Counted from the first letter of the stretch, positions 10,505-18,842 are shown. The stretch: DNA of 64,000 nt from Pseudomonadales bacterium (GCA_020632255.1 JACKFX010000001.1:184216-248215), one strand, 5' to 3'. Notes: generated from the letters alone by a model not told the origin. Translations and numbers: made by a program.

Positions 10505-11875
10505 CTACTTTCTGTTTCTCCAGGTATTCCACGGGGTAGCTTTTTCGAATGCGTCAGCTACTTGGATCATTTTTTCTTCTTGCCACATTGGGGCGACGAT
10601 GTTCATACCGAGGAAGAGATTGGTTTCTTCATCTCGGTAGCATGGGACGTTAATTCCTGGTAAGCCGCTGAGGGAGCTTGGCTCCAAGAGCATATCTTCG
10701 AGCTCACCAAACATGGCTGCGCCATCGGTGGCGCCAACTTTTTTGGCATACCCTGGTGATGTTAACGACACTAGGACGTCAAATTTTTTAAAGAGTTCTT
10801 CGTAGTCTTTGATGTAGAGTGATCGGACTTTCTGTGCCGTGTTGTAGTACTGATCGGCATAGCCTTTGCTGAGTGTATACGTTCCAAGCATAATTCGTCG
10901 TTTGGCTTCATCGCCAAAGTGACTGCGGTCATTGCCGTAGCGGATGCCGTCAAAACGACCAAGATTGCTACTCACTTCTCCGCGCTGAACCACGGTGTAT
11001 ACGCTAATAGCATAGTGAGGATCGAGGGCGTCTACTTTTTCGACTGTGGCGCCAAGTTTTTCGAAGGTTTTGAGTTGTTCTGCTAGGATTTTGTTGCCAT
11101 CTTCGAGGCCTTCAATATCGTGGTAGACATAGCCAATTTTCATGCCTTTGATTGGTTTGTCGATAGCTTTGGTAAAGTCAGGAACTGGCTGGTCACCAGT
11201 GGTGCCATCGTATTTGTCATGGCCGGCGATGTGAGTTAAGAGAATGGCCGCGTCTTCGACTGTCTTGGTCATTGGTCCTGGACTGTCGGTTGAGGATGCC
11301 ATTGGCACGACGCCATAGCGGCTGCAGCGGCCATACGTTGGCTTTAAGCCAACAATGCCACACCAGGCAGCTGGTTGGCGGATCGATCCCGCAGTTTCAG
11401 TTCCGAGTGCAGCAATTGCCATATCTGCGGCCACAGCTGCAGCGCTTCCACCGCTCGATCCGCCAGGCAAATGCTCTGGATTTCGAGGGTTGAGGGTTCG
11501 CCCGTACTGTGAAGTTTCAGTTGAAGATCCGTGTGCCCAAGCATCAAGGTTGGTTTTTCCCAAAACTGAACCACCTGCTGCTTTTAATTTCGCTATAACT
11601 GTGGAGTCATACTGTGGGATAAACGTATCTAGCACTGTGGAAGAAGCAGTGGTTCGTATTCCTTTGGTACAGTAGTTGTCTTTGACAGCGATAGGAATGC
11701 CTTTGAGCGCAGCTGTACTTGGTGAAGCTTCTGCGTTGTTTACCGTCAAATAAACATTGAGAGAGTCATTTTTTTCTGAAATGGCTGTGTGTAGGTCCTT
11801 GTGTACTTCAGCCAGGGTTATCTCTCCTGACTCAAGCAGGTCGAGCACTTCTTTGAGAGTTTTTGTTTCTAACAT
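10505..11875 (-). CDS. gatA: Glu-tRNA(Gln) amidotransferase subunit A (amidase signature family)
   Basis: Amidase signature GGSSGGSAAAVAA...GTETAGSIRQPAA. Lies in a gatC-gatA-gatB operon. Confidence 0.88.
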   Translation of the reverse strand: MLETKTLKEVLDLLESGEITLAEVHKDLHTAISEKNDSLNVYLTVNNAEASPSTAALKGIPIAVKDNYCTKGIRTTASSTVLDTFIPQYDSTVIAKLKAAGGSVLGKTNLDAWAHGSSTETSQYGRTLNPRNPEHLPGGSSGGSAAAVAADMAIAALGTETAGSIRQPAAWCGIVGLKPTYGRCSRYGVVPMASSTDSPGPMTKTVEDAAILLTHIAGHDKYDGTTGDQPVPDFTKAIDKPIKGMKIGYVYHDIEGLEDGNKILAEQLKTFEKLGATVEKVDALDPHYAISVYTVVQRGEVSSNLGRFDGIRYGNDRSHFGDEAKRRIMLGTYTLSKGYADQYYNTAQKVRSLYIKDYEELFKKFDVLVSLTSPGYAKKVGATDGAAMFGELEDMLLEPSSLSGLPGINVPCYRDEETNLFLGMNIVAPMWQEEKMIQVADAFEKATPWNTWRNRK

Positions 11876-11877
11876 GG

Positions 11878-12180
11878 TTACTCCTGGTCGATGATTATTG
11901 GTACAACGATAAACCCCTCATGGGTTTCTTTGGCATTTGCGAGGGCCTCTGCTTGAGTGAACATGTGTGCTTCATCAACAACATCTTCGCGTAGCACATT
12001 TTCAAGGCCTGTGACTTGGTGTGTTGGTTCAACTTTGCTGGTGTCGACAGATTGTAAATTGGCAACGACATCCAGTGTTTCTTCAAATGCGTCAGCAAGA
12101 TCAGTGACTTCGCCCTCGGTCACCGGAATGTTTGCAAGGTTAGCAATGTGTTTCACCTGTTGTGGTGTGATCGTGCTCAT
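11878..12180 (-). CDS. gatC: Glu-tRNA(Gln) amidotransferase subunit C
   Basis: 100 aa, MSTITPQQVKHIANLANIPVTEGEV, immediately upstream of gatA in the operon. Confidence 0.75.
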   Translation of the reverse strand: MSTITPQQVKHIANLANIPVTEGEVTDLADAFEETLDVVANLQSVDTSKVEPTHQVTGLENVLREDVVDEAHMFTQAEALANAKETHEGFIVVPIIIDQE

Positions 12181-12214
12181 AGGTCCTTTCCATTATTCAC
12201 AAAAAACTCAATGT

Positions 12215-12243
12215 AAATAAAAACGAGTCTCTGGGGACTCGTT
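12215..12243 (-). terminator. intrinsic terminator between htpX and gatC
   Basis: On the minus strand, hairpin AACGAGTC-ccCAGA-GACTCGTT followed by TTTTT. It could also act as an attenuator ahead of gatCAB. Confidence 0.5.
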
Positions 12244-12339
12244 ACACATACAAGCAACCGCCCCCTCTTGGGATTAGCTTTGTTGCTCGTCTTGTTGATT
12301 ACTAGATTTCATTTCTAGTTCGTATGATACCACAGAGTT

Positions 12340-13254
12340 TTAGAGTTGTGATCCACCTGTTCCCATGTTCCTAAGAATCTGAATTCTCTCTTGAATTGGC
12401 GGATGTGTCATAAAGAATTTTGCGAACGAAACGTTGGTATTTTTGAGTGGATTGGTAATATACAGGTGAGCCGTGGCTTTATTGGCAGCTTCAAGTGGCT
12501 CAGTATCCATGCTAAGCTTTTCAAGTGCGCGAGCCAAGCCTTCTGGATTTTTGGTAATTGCTACTCCATTTGCGTCTGCAAGGTATTCACGCTTACGTGA
12601 AATAGCTAACTGAATGAGTTTGGCGATTAACGGAGAAAGAGCTGCCATCAATACTGCAGCAATCATCAAGAGAACTCTAACTTGTCCTTCTCCACTCGAG
12701 TCTCGGTCTTTTCTGCCATATAATCGAGATCGCAACAACATGTCAGAAAATAATGCCAGAAAACCGACCAAAACTGTAACAACTGCCATTAATCTGATGT
12801 CGTAGTTTTCAATGTGAGATAACTCGTGAGCGATTACACCCTCAAGTTCGGGCCGTTCAAGTCTGGCAAGAATGCCAGTTGTACAGCAAATAACTGCATG
12901 CTCGGGATCTCGACCTGTGGCAAAGGCATTCATGGCCGTGTCATCAATTACATACAGTTTGGGAACAGGCAAGTGACGACTGTGGGCGAGATTTTCTGCA
13001 ATAGTATAAAAATCAAAGTACTCTTCTCTCGTGACCTCACGAGCACCGGAAATACTTAAGATGAGTTTATCGGACCACCAGTACGAGCTAAATGAAGTGA
13101 TTCCCGAGAAAATGAGTACAAGACCTACAATACTCAAATCATAGCCAAAGCCTTCTGCCATGACCCAACTAGCAGCTCCCACAAAGAGCACGAACAGTAT
13201 CATGATAATGAGGGATCGTTGCTTATTTTGCGAAATTAACTGGTAGTGAGTCAT
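12340..13254 (-). CDS. htpX: HtpX-like M48 zinc metalloprotease
   Basis: HEXXH motif (HELSHIENYD), N-terminal TM helices, 304 aa. Confidence 0.8.
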   Translation of the reverse strand: MTHYQLISQNKQRSLIIMILFVLFVGAASWVMAEGFGYDLSIVGLVLIFSGITSFSSYWWSDKLILSISGAREVTREEYFDFYTIAENLAHSRHLPVPKLYVIDDTAMNAFATGRDPEHAVICCTTGILARLERPELEGVIAHELSHIENYDIRLMAVVTVLVGFLALFSDMLLRSRLYGRKDRDSSGEGQVRVLLMIAAVLMAALSPLIAKLIQLAISRKREYLADANGVAITKNPEGLARALEKLSMDTEPLEAANKATAHLYITNPLKNTNVSFAKFFMTHPPIQERIQILRNMGTGGSQL

Positions 13255-13285
13255 AGCGTCTCGTTACTTAGTCAATGCGGTATCT

Positions 13286-13876
13286 TTATTCTAAGTTGAC
13301 CTTAGGATCTTGCATCTCTGCAGAAGAAACCTCAACATGAGAACCACTCATTGGAGTCTCAAGTCCTTTTTCTGGCTTGAAGCCAAAGAGGCCGGCTACA
13401 ATACTAGAAGGGATTGTGACTAATTTCTGGTTATAATTTTGGCTTAAGTCGATGACAGTTCGGCGTGCATACATGAGTTTATCTGCAGTGTCGGTGAGTT
13501 CCATCATGAACTTACTGATAGTTTGGTCAGATTTTAGTTCAGGATTGCTCTCAACCAAAATTTGCATTTTTGGCACGATGTTGGCAATTTCTGTGGCTGC
13601 ATTTTCGATGTCAGCTGCTTTTCCACTTTCTTGAGCAGTTTCAACAGATTTTCGAGCATCTGTGAGCATCTTGTAGACGTCCTTTTCTTGCTTGAGGTGT
13701 CCTTTGACAGCTGTTTGCAAGTTGGGAATCAGAGAGGCTTGACGTTTGAGTTGATTTCCAATTTCTTGAATGCTGGCCGTAATTTGAGTTTTGAGAATTT
13801 GAAGTCCGTTATAGACAGAGATAACATAGAAGCCCACAATAAGTGCGATGACTCCGAGTGCGATTAAGATTTCCAT
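13286..13876 (-). CDS. lemA: LemA family protein
   Basis: N-terminal TM (MEILIALGVIALIVGFYVISVYNGLQ) then coiled-coil, as in LemA. LemA is commonly paired with HtpX/TPM genes. Confidence 0.7.
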   Translation of the reverse strand: MEILIALGVIALIVGFYVISVYNGLQILKTQITASIQEIGNQLKRQASLIPNLQTAVKGHLKQEKDVYKMLTDARKSVETAQESGKAADIENAATEIANIVPKMQILVESNPELKSDQTISKFMMELTDTADKLMYARRTVIDLSQNYNQKLVTIPSSIVAGLFGFKPEKGLETPMSGSHVEVSSAEMQDPKVNLE

Positions 13877-13969
13877 AGGTACCTTTCTGACGATATGTCT
13901 TGTTCATCCCTATTCTACACTATTTTTTGTTTGTCGAAAGGTTTATCAAGAAATGTGGCTCATTTGGCC

Positions 13970-13998
13970 TTGGCAACTGAAAATAAATACAGTATAAT
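13970..13998 (+). promoter_or_regulatory. sigma70-like promoter for tRNA-Asp
   Basis: TTGGCA (13970-13975), 17 bp spacer, TATAAT (13993-13998). The tRNA starts about 25 nt downstream. Confidence 0.5.
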
Positions 13999-14023
13999 TA
14001 GCTCTCGTTAACAGACGTTACGT

Positions 14024-14099
14024 GGACCCGTGGTGTAGTGGTTAACATGCTTCCCTGTCACGGAAGAGATCGCCGGTTCGACTCCGGTCGGGTTCGCCA
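14024..14099 (+). tRNA. tRNA-Asp (anticodon GTC)
   Basis: Cloverleaf by eye: acceptor GGACCCG/CGGGTTC, anticodon loop CTGTCAC, T-arm GGTTCGACTCC, encoded CCA. Confidence 0.85.
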
Positions 14100-14106
14100 T
14101 AGTATG

Positions 14107-14132
14107 AAAAAAGACCGTTAGGTCTTTTTTTT
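14107..14132 (+). terminator. intrinsic terminator after tRNA-Asp
   Basis: AAGACC-gtta-GGTCTT followed by TTTTTTTT. Confidence 0.7.
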
Positions 14133-14164
14133 ATACTATGCTGATCTCAGTCCTGAATTGAGCC

Positions 14165-14283
14165 CCACGTTCTGCCACATGGTGAGTGACACCTGTCACG
14201 AACCAGGTTAATGCATGCGAGCTTCACAAAGTAGAAGTAAATAGTAGCGAGTCGTAGATCCCGGTCGGGTTCGCAAGTTTTAT
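14165..14283 (+). pseudogene. decayed tRNA-Asp-like duplicate (pseudo-tRNA)
   Basis: Three patches colinear with tRNA-Asp: catggtgagtga (D-arm-like), CCTGTCACG (anticodon arm, exact 9-mer) and CCGGTCGGGTTCGC (T-arm/acceptor, exact 14-mer). About 60 nt of unrelated sequence sits between the last two. Confidence 0.4.
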
Positions 14284-14294
14284 TTTATATTGAT

Positions 14295-14866
14295 ATATAA
14301 CTTGATTTCCCCGCGGCTCTGCCGCGCGGAACCTTGTAGGAAGGTGCGGAAACCCTCGGTTTCTGCGACAATTGAGGGATGAGTCCAGTCAAGACCTTCC
14401 ACAACGCGTACGATACGCACTACCACATCGTCTTTCCTGTTAAGTATCGAAAAAGTTTGCTAACCAATGAAATTCTGCTCGCGATAGTGGAAATCGCGCA
14501 AGAAATCAGTGAACGGTACGACATCGAATTTGAAAAGATTGGTACCGATCAAGATCATATCCATATACTCGCCTCATTTGCCCCAAAATACTCAGGAAGC
14601 GATGTCGTACGAATCTTTAAAAGCATCACTGCCAAGCAACTGTTTGCGCGATTTCCTCACCTTCGAAAAGAATTATGGGGAGGGGAATTTTGGAGTGATG
14701 GATTTTATCTGGCTACGGTTGGCGAGAGGGGGAACTGGAAAGCAGTTGAACGATATGTCGCCAACCAAGGAAAGACGATGAATTTACCCCAACAACTCCA
14801 ATTACTCACCTAACTGACTGGACTCATCCCTCGTGATACCCCGCTGGCTCTGCCGCGGGGAAATTC
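14295..14866 (+). mobile_element. IS200/IS605-family insertion sequence, tnpA only (IS200-like)
   Basis: Single Y1 HUH transposase ORF flanked by imperfect subterminal hairpins with a shared core: left ccccGCGGCtctGCCGCGcgg (14309-14329), right ccccgctGGCtctGCCgcgggg (14839-14860). The right end is fused in-frame into a truncated MFS gene. Boundaries are approximate. Confidence 0.7.
14379..14813 (+). CDS. tnpA: IS200/IS605 family Y1 (HUH) transposase TnpA
   Basis: 144 aa. HxH motif (DHIHIL), catalytic Y region (GFYLATVG), N-terminal YHIVFPVKYRK, typical of IS200 TnpA. Confidence 0.85.
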   Translation: MSPVKTFHNAYDTHYHIVFPVKYRKSLLTNEILLAIVEIAQEISERYDIEFEKIGTDQDHIHILASFAPKYSGSDVVRIFKSITAKQLFARFPHLRKELWGGEFWSDGFYLATVGERGNWKAVERYVANQGKTMNLPQQLQLLT

Positions 14867-15496
14867 ATTAGTTTTGAATAATTCTCTTATTCCCTCTTTT
14901 GTTTGTTTTATGTAGTTTTGCCATGAAAAAACATAACTATCTATTGGTGGTTCTGAAAGCCAAAAGCTAACAATCAGTGCAAGTAACTTCATAATGGCTA
15001 AGGCAATAAAAGGTAAACCAGGATTCATTTTGTACATGAATCCACCTATAATGCTAGCAATAGCCAATGTCAGCATTTTTATTGATGAAATATTACCAAG
15101 AACTTTTTCATATTTAGATTCTTCTTTGTTGGTCAGGAGTGAATCATAGATCAAAGCTTCATTTGTTCCTGAACTTAAAACTCCTCCAATTGTTGCAACC
15201 ATCACTCCTGAAGCAAGGATAAAAAATGAGTTTGCTAAACCCATTAACATATTTCCTAAGAACCCAAACAGAAATGAAAGCATTAGTGTTTTCTTTTTTC
15301 CAAGTAGATCAGCAATTGCTCCTGTAGGTATTTCTCCTACTACTGAAGTAATGATCATTACAGATTCTAGTAATCCTATGCCTGCATAATTTGTATATCT
15401 TAAATAAAAAAGTACCCAGATTGCAGCCCAAAACCAGCTATAGTCAAAAGCTGTAATTAAGTACATCAAAGTAATATTTTGTTTTTGTTTTTTCAC
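14810..15496 (-). pseudogene. MFS transporter, N-terminal half only (about 6 TM), truncated by IS insertion
   Basis: The 228-aa ORF has MFS-like TM helices. Its last ~20 codons (…EFPRGRASGVSRGMSPVS*) are translated from the IS right-end hairpin and the tnpA stop region. No C-terminal half is present downstream. Confidence 0.6.
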
Positions 15497-15732
15497 AATA
15501 GTAATTTTACCATGTAATTAGGTGATAAGATTTATACTAGTTCCATTAAAAGCTAGGTATATAACTAGGAAAAACTTGGTGTATACCCTATCTCATTAAT
15601 ACTAACCCAGTTAGGCATCACGTTTAAAATTTTCTCAAGTGAGTTGTATAGTGGTTCTACACAATTCCGTTCTAGTTCGCAAAACATATATTACATTGAT
15701 AAATCAATCTATATCTTATCATTTCATTTTTT

Positions 15733-15764
15733 GTAAAAAAACCCAGTCGCGTAGGACTGGGTTT
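15733..15764 (-). terminator. intrinsic terminator of the 15789-16319 gene, possibly bidirectional
   Basis: A-run, then ACCCAGTC-gcgtagg-ACTGGGT, then TTT. On the minus strand the hairpin is followed by TTTTTTT. Confidence 0.6.
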
Positions 15765-15788
15765 GATAGTAAATTCCGATAAAACTTG

Positions 15789-16319
15789 TTACTGGTTGTC
15801 ACCCTGTACAATCCATCGTGAGATGAAGTTAGCACAAATGTGACTAAATACAGCGGAAACTAATCCACCGTACCAGCCCAATGTGAGCCAAATAAAAGAA
15901 TACAGCATGTGAAAGACGCTTCGTTTGTCATGAATGGCTAAAAACCAGACCATTTGGACTAACGCAATCACTAAGATGAACAACCCTTTTTCTGCTGTCT
16001 GAATTTCCATATTAACGACTGCTTTGATTGTGATAATCGCAGCTAACCGAATAATATGTTCTTCAAACACAGCCATCTTCAACAAGTGAAGATGGTCAGA
16101 TTCACCTACTTGCATTCCCTTTTTGGTGGTCACTACAGCAATTAAGGCTGGAATAATGAATCCAGCGATAAGTGCTAAACCAGTAACAACAGGAGGAGTT
16201 TTGACCCAGATGTCTAAAACATTCTCCCCCAGATAGTAATTATATACTGCCGCAATGGCAGAAATAATTACTGCGTATACAAGAAATCTATTCGACTTCC
16301 AAGCAAGAAACTTTAACAT
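15789..16319 (-). CDS. hypothetical small integral membrane protein
   Basis: 176 aa, 4-5 hydrophobic helices, no recognisable motif. Confidence 0.4.
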   Translation of the reverse strand: MLKFLAWKSNRFLVYAVIISAIAAVYNYYLGENVLDIWVKTPPVVTGLALIAGFIIPALIAVVTTKKGMQVGESDHLHLLKMAVFEEHIIRLAAIITIKAVVNMEIQTAEKGLFILVIALVQMVWFLAIHDKRSVFHMLYSFIWLTLGWYGGLVSAVFSHICANFISRWIVQGDNQ

Positions 16320-16674
16320 GATCTTTTGCTCCTCATGTTTTTATTCGAAATTTTAATTTGCTTGATCTGAACCACTGTTTTATTAGTAATTCAAATCATT
16401 TATATTATGGGATATAATTGTTGTTTTGTCAATCAGGCCTACTCGATGAAAACTAGGCAAAATGCCAGGCGCGAGGCCTGGCATTTCTTAATTTCACCAC
16501 TTCAGTGAGTTGAATCTGGCACGGAAGTGCCAGAAAAACAGAAAACCACCCGCTATGCGGGTGGAAATAAGAGTGCTTTAGCACGAAGAAATCTTTAGAT
16601 AAGAGAAACCACCTTTCTATTTGATAGGATTAGTTTTGGTACAAACAATCCGTAGAAAGGCGGTTTAATTTAGT

Positions 16675-17124
16675 ATGGCAGAAAGTCTAGCACACACCAA
16701 GTGGATGTGTAAATATCACATAGTATTTACACCAAAGTATCGGAGAAAAGCAATATACTGCAGGTTAAGAAAAGATCTACAAGAAATAATAGTAGATCTA
16801 TGCAAATGGAAAGGGATAAAAATAGTGGAGGGACACATGATGCCAGATCATGTGCATGTACTCTTATCAATACCACCAAAATATAGTGTGTCTAGCATAA
16901 TGGGGTATTTGAAAGGCAAAAGTGCCATGATGATATTTGATCGGCATACAAACTTAAAATATAAGTACGGAAGAAGGAACTTTTGGGCAACAGGATATTA
17001 TGTATCAACAGTGGGATTGAATGAAAAAACAATCAGAAAATACATCCGTGAACAAGAGAAAGCAGATTTGATAACAGACAAGTTAACAACAAAAGAATAT
17101 GAAGACCCTTTTAAGGGTAGCTAA
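16675..17124 (+). CDS. tnpA: IS200/IS605 family Y1 transposase TnpA, second divergent copy
   Basis: 149 aa. YHIVFTPKYRR, HVHVLLSIPPKYS (HuH) and GYYVSTVG (catalytic Tyr) motifs. Only moderately similar to the first tnpA, so a different IS. Confidence 0.85.
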   Translation: MAESLAHTKWMCKYHIVFTPKYRRKAIYCRLRKDLQEIIVDLCKWKGIKIVEGHMMPDHVHVLLSIPPKYSVSSIMGYLKGKSAMMIFDRHTNLKYKYGRRNFWATGYYVSTVGLNEKTIRKYIREQEKADLITDKLTTKEYEDPFKGS

Positions 17125-17367
17125 GAAATCAGTCCACAGAGATAGCATCATTTAGGTGCTGGAAGTAACAAGCCCTTATAGGGCTCAGTCAAGCCACGTC
17201 CTATGGGCGTGGTCCTGACTTCCTTTGCAGAAAACTCTGCACAGCTATGAACGAGGGTTAGCCGCGGAGCGGATAAGCCTGAGCTGTGCGGAGAGAATGG
17301 CATATCACTCGGAGAGTGATATGCTGTTAGCATGAAAACTTGTTTTCATGAGTTGCGGAGCCGAGGA

Positions 17368-17412
17368 AACTCCGTAGTCAGCGTAGCGTACTGCGGAGAG
17401 GACGTCATTAAC
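17368..17412. repeat. ~45-bp repeat 'R', copy 1 (ggaaacTCCGTAGtCAGCGTAGCGTACTGCGGaGAGGACGTCaTTAA)
   Basis: Near-identical copy at 48961-49005. Both copies abut the 3' end of a minus-strand small gene. Confidence 0.7.
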
Positions 17413-17423
17413 AAATTCTGTCA

Positions 17424-17825
17424 TTAATGCTGGTCGAAGTGAACTTGATACACAGCATAGCAAGCAGCTCTTTCTTTTGGTTGTTCGGGATTAAAGCCCT
17501 TGAAAGTGATGTGTACATCATATACAGCATGGTTCCATCTAGCAGTCCCGATTACAAAAGATTGCCCGATAGTTCCAGGAAGGTGCAGGTTGCAGTTTTT
17601 TGTAAACAGCGGCGTAAGCAGTTCGCGCAGCTGATAGGCCATCACTGCATTAACCAGAAAAATCGGTTGGCAGTAGCGACGGCAGAACACAACTTCCTTG
17701 GTAATATATTTCTTCCAAAATGGGAAAGGCCGAGAGGTGCTTGTAAACTCAACCGGAACCGCTGAGTAAATCAGATCGGGGCCAATTTCTAGAAATACTT
17801 GATTTTCACCATTTTTCAATTCCAT
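17424..17825 (-). CDS. hypothetical protein (133 aa)
   Basis: Good expression signals upstream: AAGGAGG 9 nt before the ATG and an extended -10 (TGTATAAT). No recognisable domain. Confidence 0.45.
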   Translation of the reverse strand: MELKNGENQVFLEIGPDLIYSAVPVEFTSTSRPFPFWKKYITKEVVFCRRYCQPIFLVNAVMAYQLRELLTPLFTKNCNLHLPGTIGQSFVIGTARWNHAVYDVHITFKGFNPEQPKERAACYAVYQVHFDQH

Positions 17826-17981
17826 ATGCGAGATCCTCCTTGGACTGTATTTGGAATATTTGAATTTCGACAGCTGTTAAAGATACTTGAATTATACACT
17901 ATAGGATTATCTGTGGCAAGCCAAGACCTGAAGTCAGCTTTTTTTTTCTGCAATTCCATTTATAATAAGTCTGTTCCAAGT

Positions 17982-18054
17982 GCCGGGATAGCTCAGCTGG
18001 TAGAGCGGCGGTATCGTAAACCGTAGGTCAGGGGTTCGAATCCCCTTCTCGGCT
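17982..18054 (+). tRNA. tRNA-Thr (anticodon CGT); CCA not encoded
   Basis: Acceptor GCCGGGA/TCTCGGC, D-arm GCTCAGCTGGTAGAGC, anticodon loop ATCGTAA, T-arm GGGGTTCGAATCCCC. TATAAT at 17961-17966 upstream. Confidence 0.8.
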
Positions 18055-18122
18055 CACTAATTATTAGCACCCGAGGTAAGCTCTACTTGGCTACTCAGTC
18101 AGCTTTGCTATAATGGAGTCAT

Positions 18123-18842
18123 ATGACACCTCGAAAGCCAATTCCCTCAAGAAAAGTTCGTAAGGAAAAGCAGAAGGCGGTTCGGCAGACAGTAGCATTA
18201 TTGGGCTTTGCTGTGGTAACGTTGCTTGTTTTTGTGTTTATCATTATTCCTATCTTTATTAATGGTTTCAACTCATTTTTAGATTCGAGTAATCCCTTCG
18301 AGCAAGAGGACAAGATTCCGCCACAGGTGCCAATTATTTCTGCCCCAGTTGAGGCAACTTTTAGCGCACAAATTGCGGTTTCTGGGTTTGGAGAACCAGA
18401 AAGCAAACTCATTTTCGTTTTGAATGGTGAAAAATTCGACGAGCTCACCATCGCCGAAGATGGCACGTTTGAAGCTGAACTTGATTTGATTGAGGGTGAA
18501 AACACTATCGCTGCCTATTCTGTGGACGAAGCAGGCAATGAGTCAGAAGTAAGCAGAACATTTACTACCATTCAGGATGCTACCGATCCTTTGTTGGACG
18601 TTTCAAACATTGAGGATGGTATGACCGTCGAAACTAGAAAGAATCAAAACTTTTCAGTTGAAGGTACCACCGATCCTGGTGCTAAAGTCTACATCAATGG
18701 CCGGGTAGTCTTCCCAAATAGTGAGGGTGGTTTTAGACAATCAGTGCTCCTAGCCGAGGGTGAAAATATCCTTCTGATTGAAGCTGTCGATAAAGCCGGC
18801 AATCGCACGAGTGTCGAAAAAAAGGTTACCTATATTCCTTAG
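18123..18842 (+). CDS. membrane-anchored protein with tandem bacterial Ig-like domains
   Basis: N-terminal TM, then two ~80-aa segments with a GENTI/GENIL...D(E/K)AGN...S/T pattern typical of Big/invasin-like beta-sandwich domains. Confidence 0.45.
   Translation: MTPRKPIPSRKVRKEKQKAVRQTVALLGFAVVTLLVFVFIIIPIFINGFNSFLDSSNPFEQEDKIPPQVPIISAPVEATFSAQIAVSGFGEPESKLIFVLNGEKFDELTIAEDGTFEAELDLIEGENTIAAYSVDEAGNESEVSRTFTTIQDATDPLLDVSNIEDGMTVETRKNQNFSVEGTTDPGAKVYINGRVVFPNSEGGFRQSVLLAEGENILLIEAVDKAGNRTSVEKKVTYIP

Larger units (their letters stand above)
16440..17415 (+). mobile_element. second IS200/IS605-family element (tnpA only); boundaries approximate
   Basis: Y1 transposase ORF preceded by a cluster of perfect hairpins (AATGCCAGGC-gcga-GCCTGGCATT at 16463-16487; CTGGCAC-ggaa-GTGCCAG; CACCCGC-tat-GCGGGTG) and followed by hairpins (CATATCACTC-gga-GAGTGATATG at 17303-17325). 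Its 3' flank carries a ~45-bp sequence repeated at 48961-49005. Confidence 0.5.

Noticed and set aside
14509-14781. 90-aa ORF inside tnpA in another frame
   Set aside because: Same-strand alternative frame within a well-supported transposase; no independent signals.
17148-17333. 61-aa minus-strand ORF in the IS right flank
   Set aside because: Lies across the hairpin-rich IS end, so more likely structured DNA/RNA than coding.
17375-17412. Repeat R interpreted as a hairpin terminator
   Set aside because: Only a weak 6-bp stem with a G-U pair (CCGTAG...CTGCGG). It is better described simply as a conserved repeat of unknown function.
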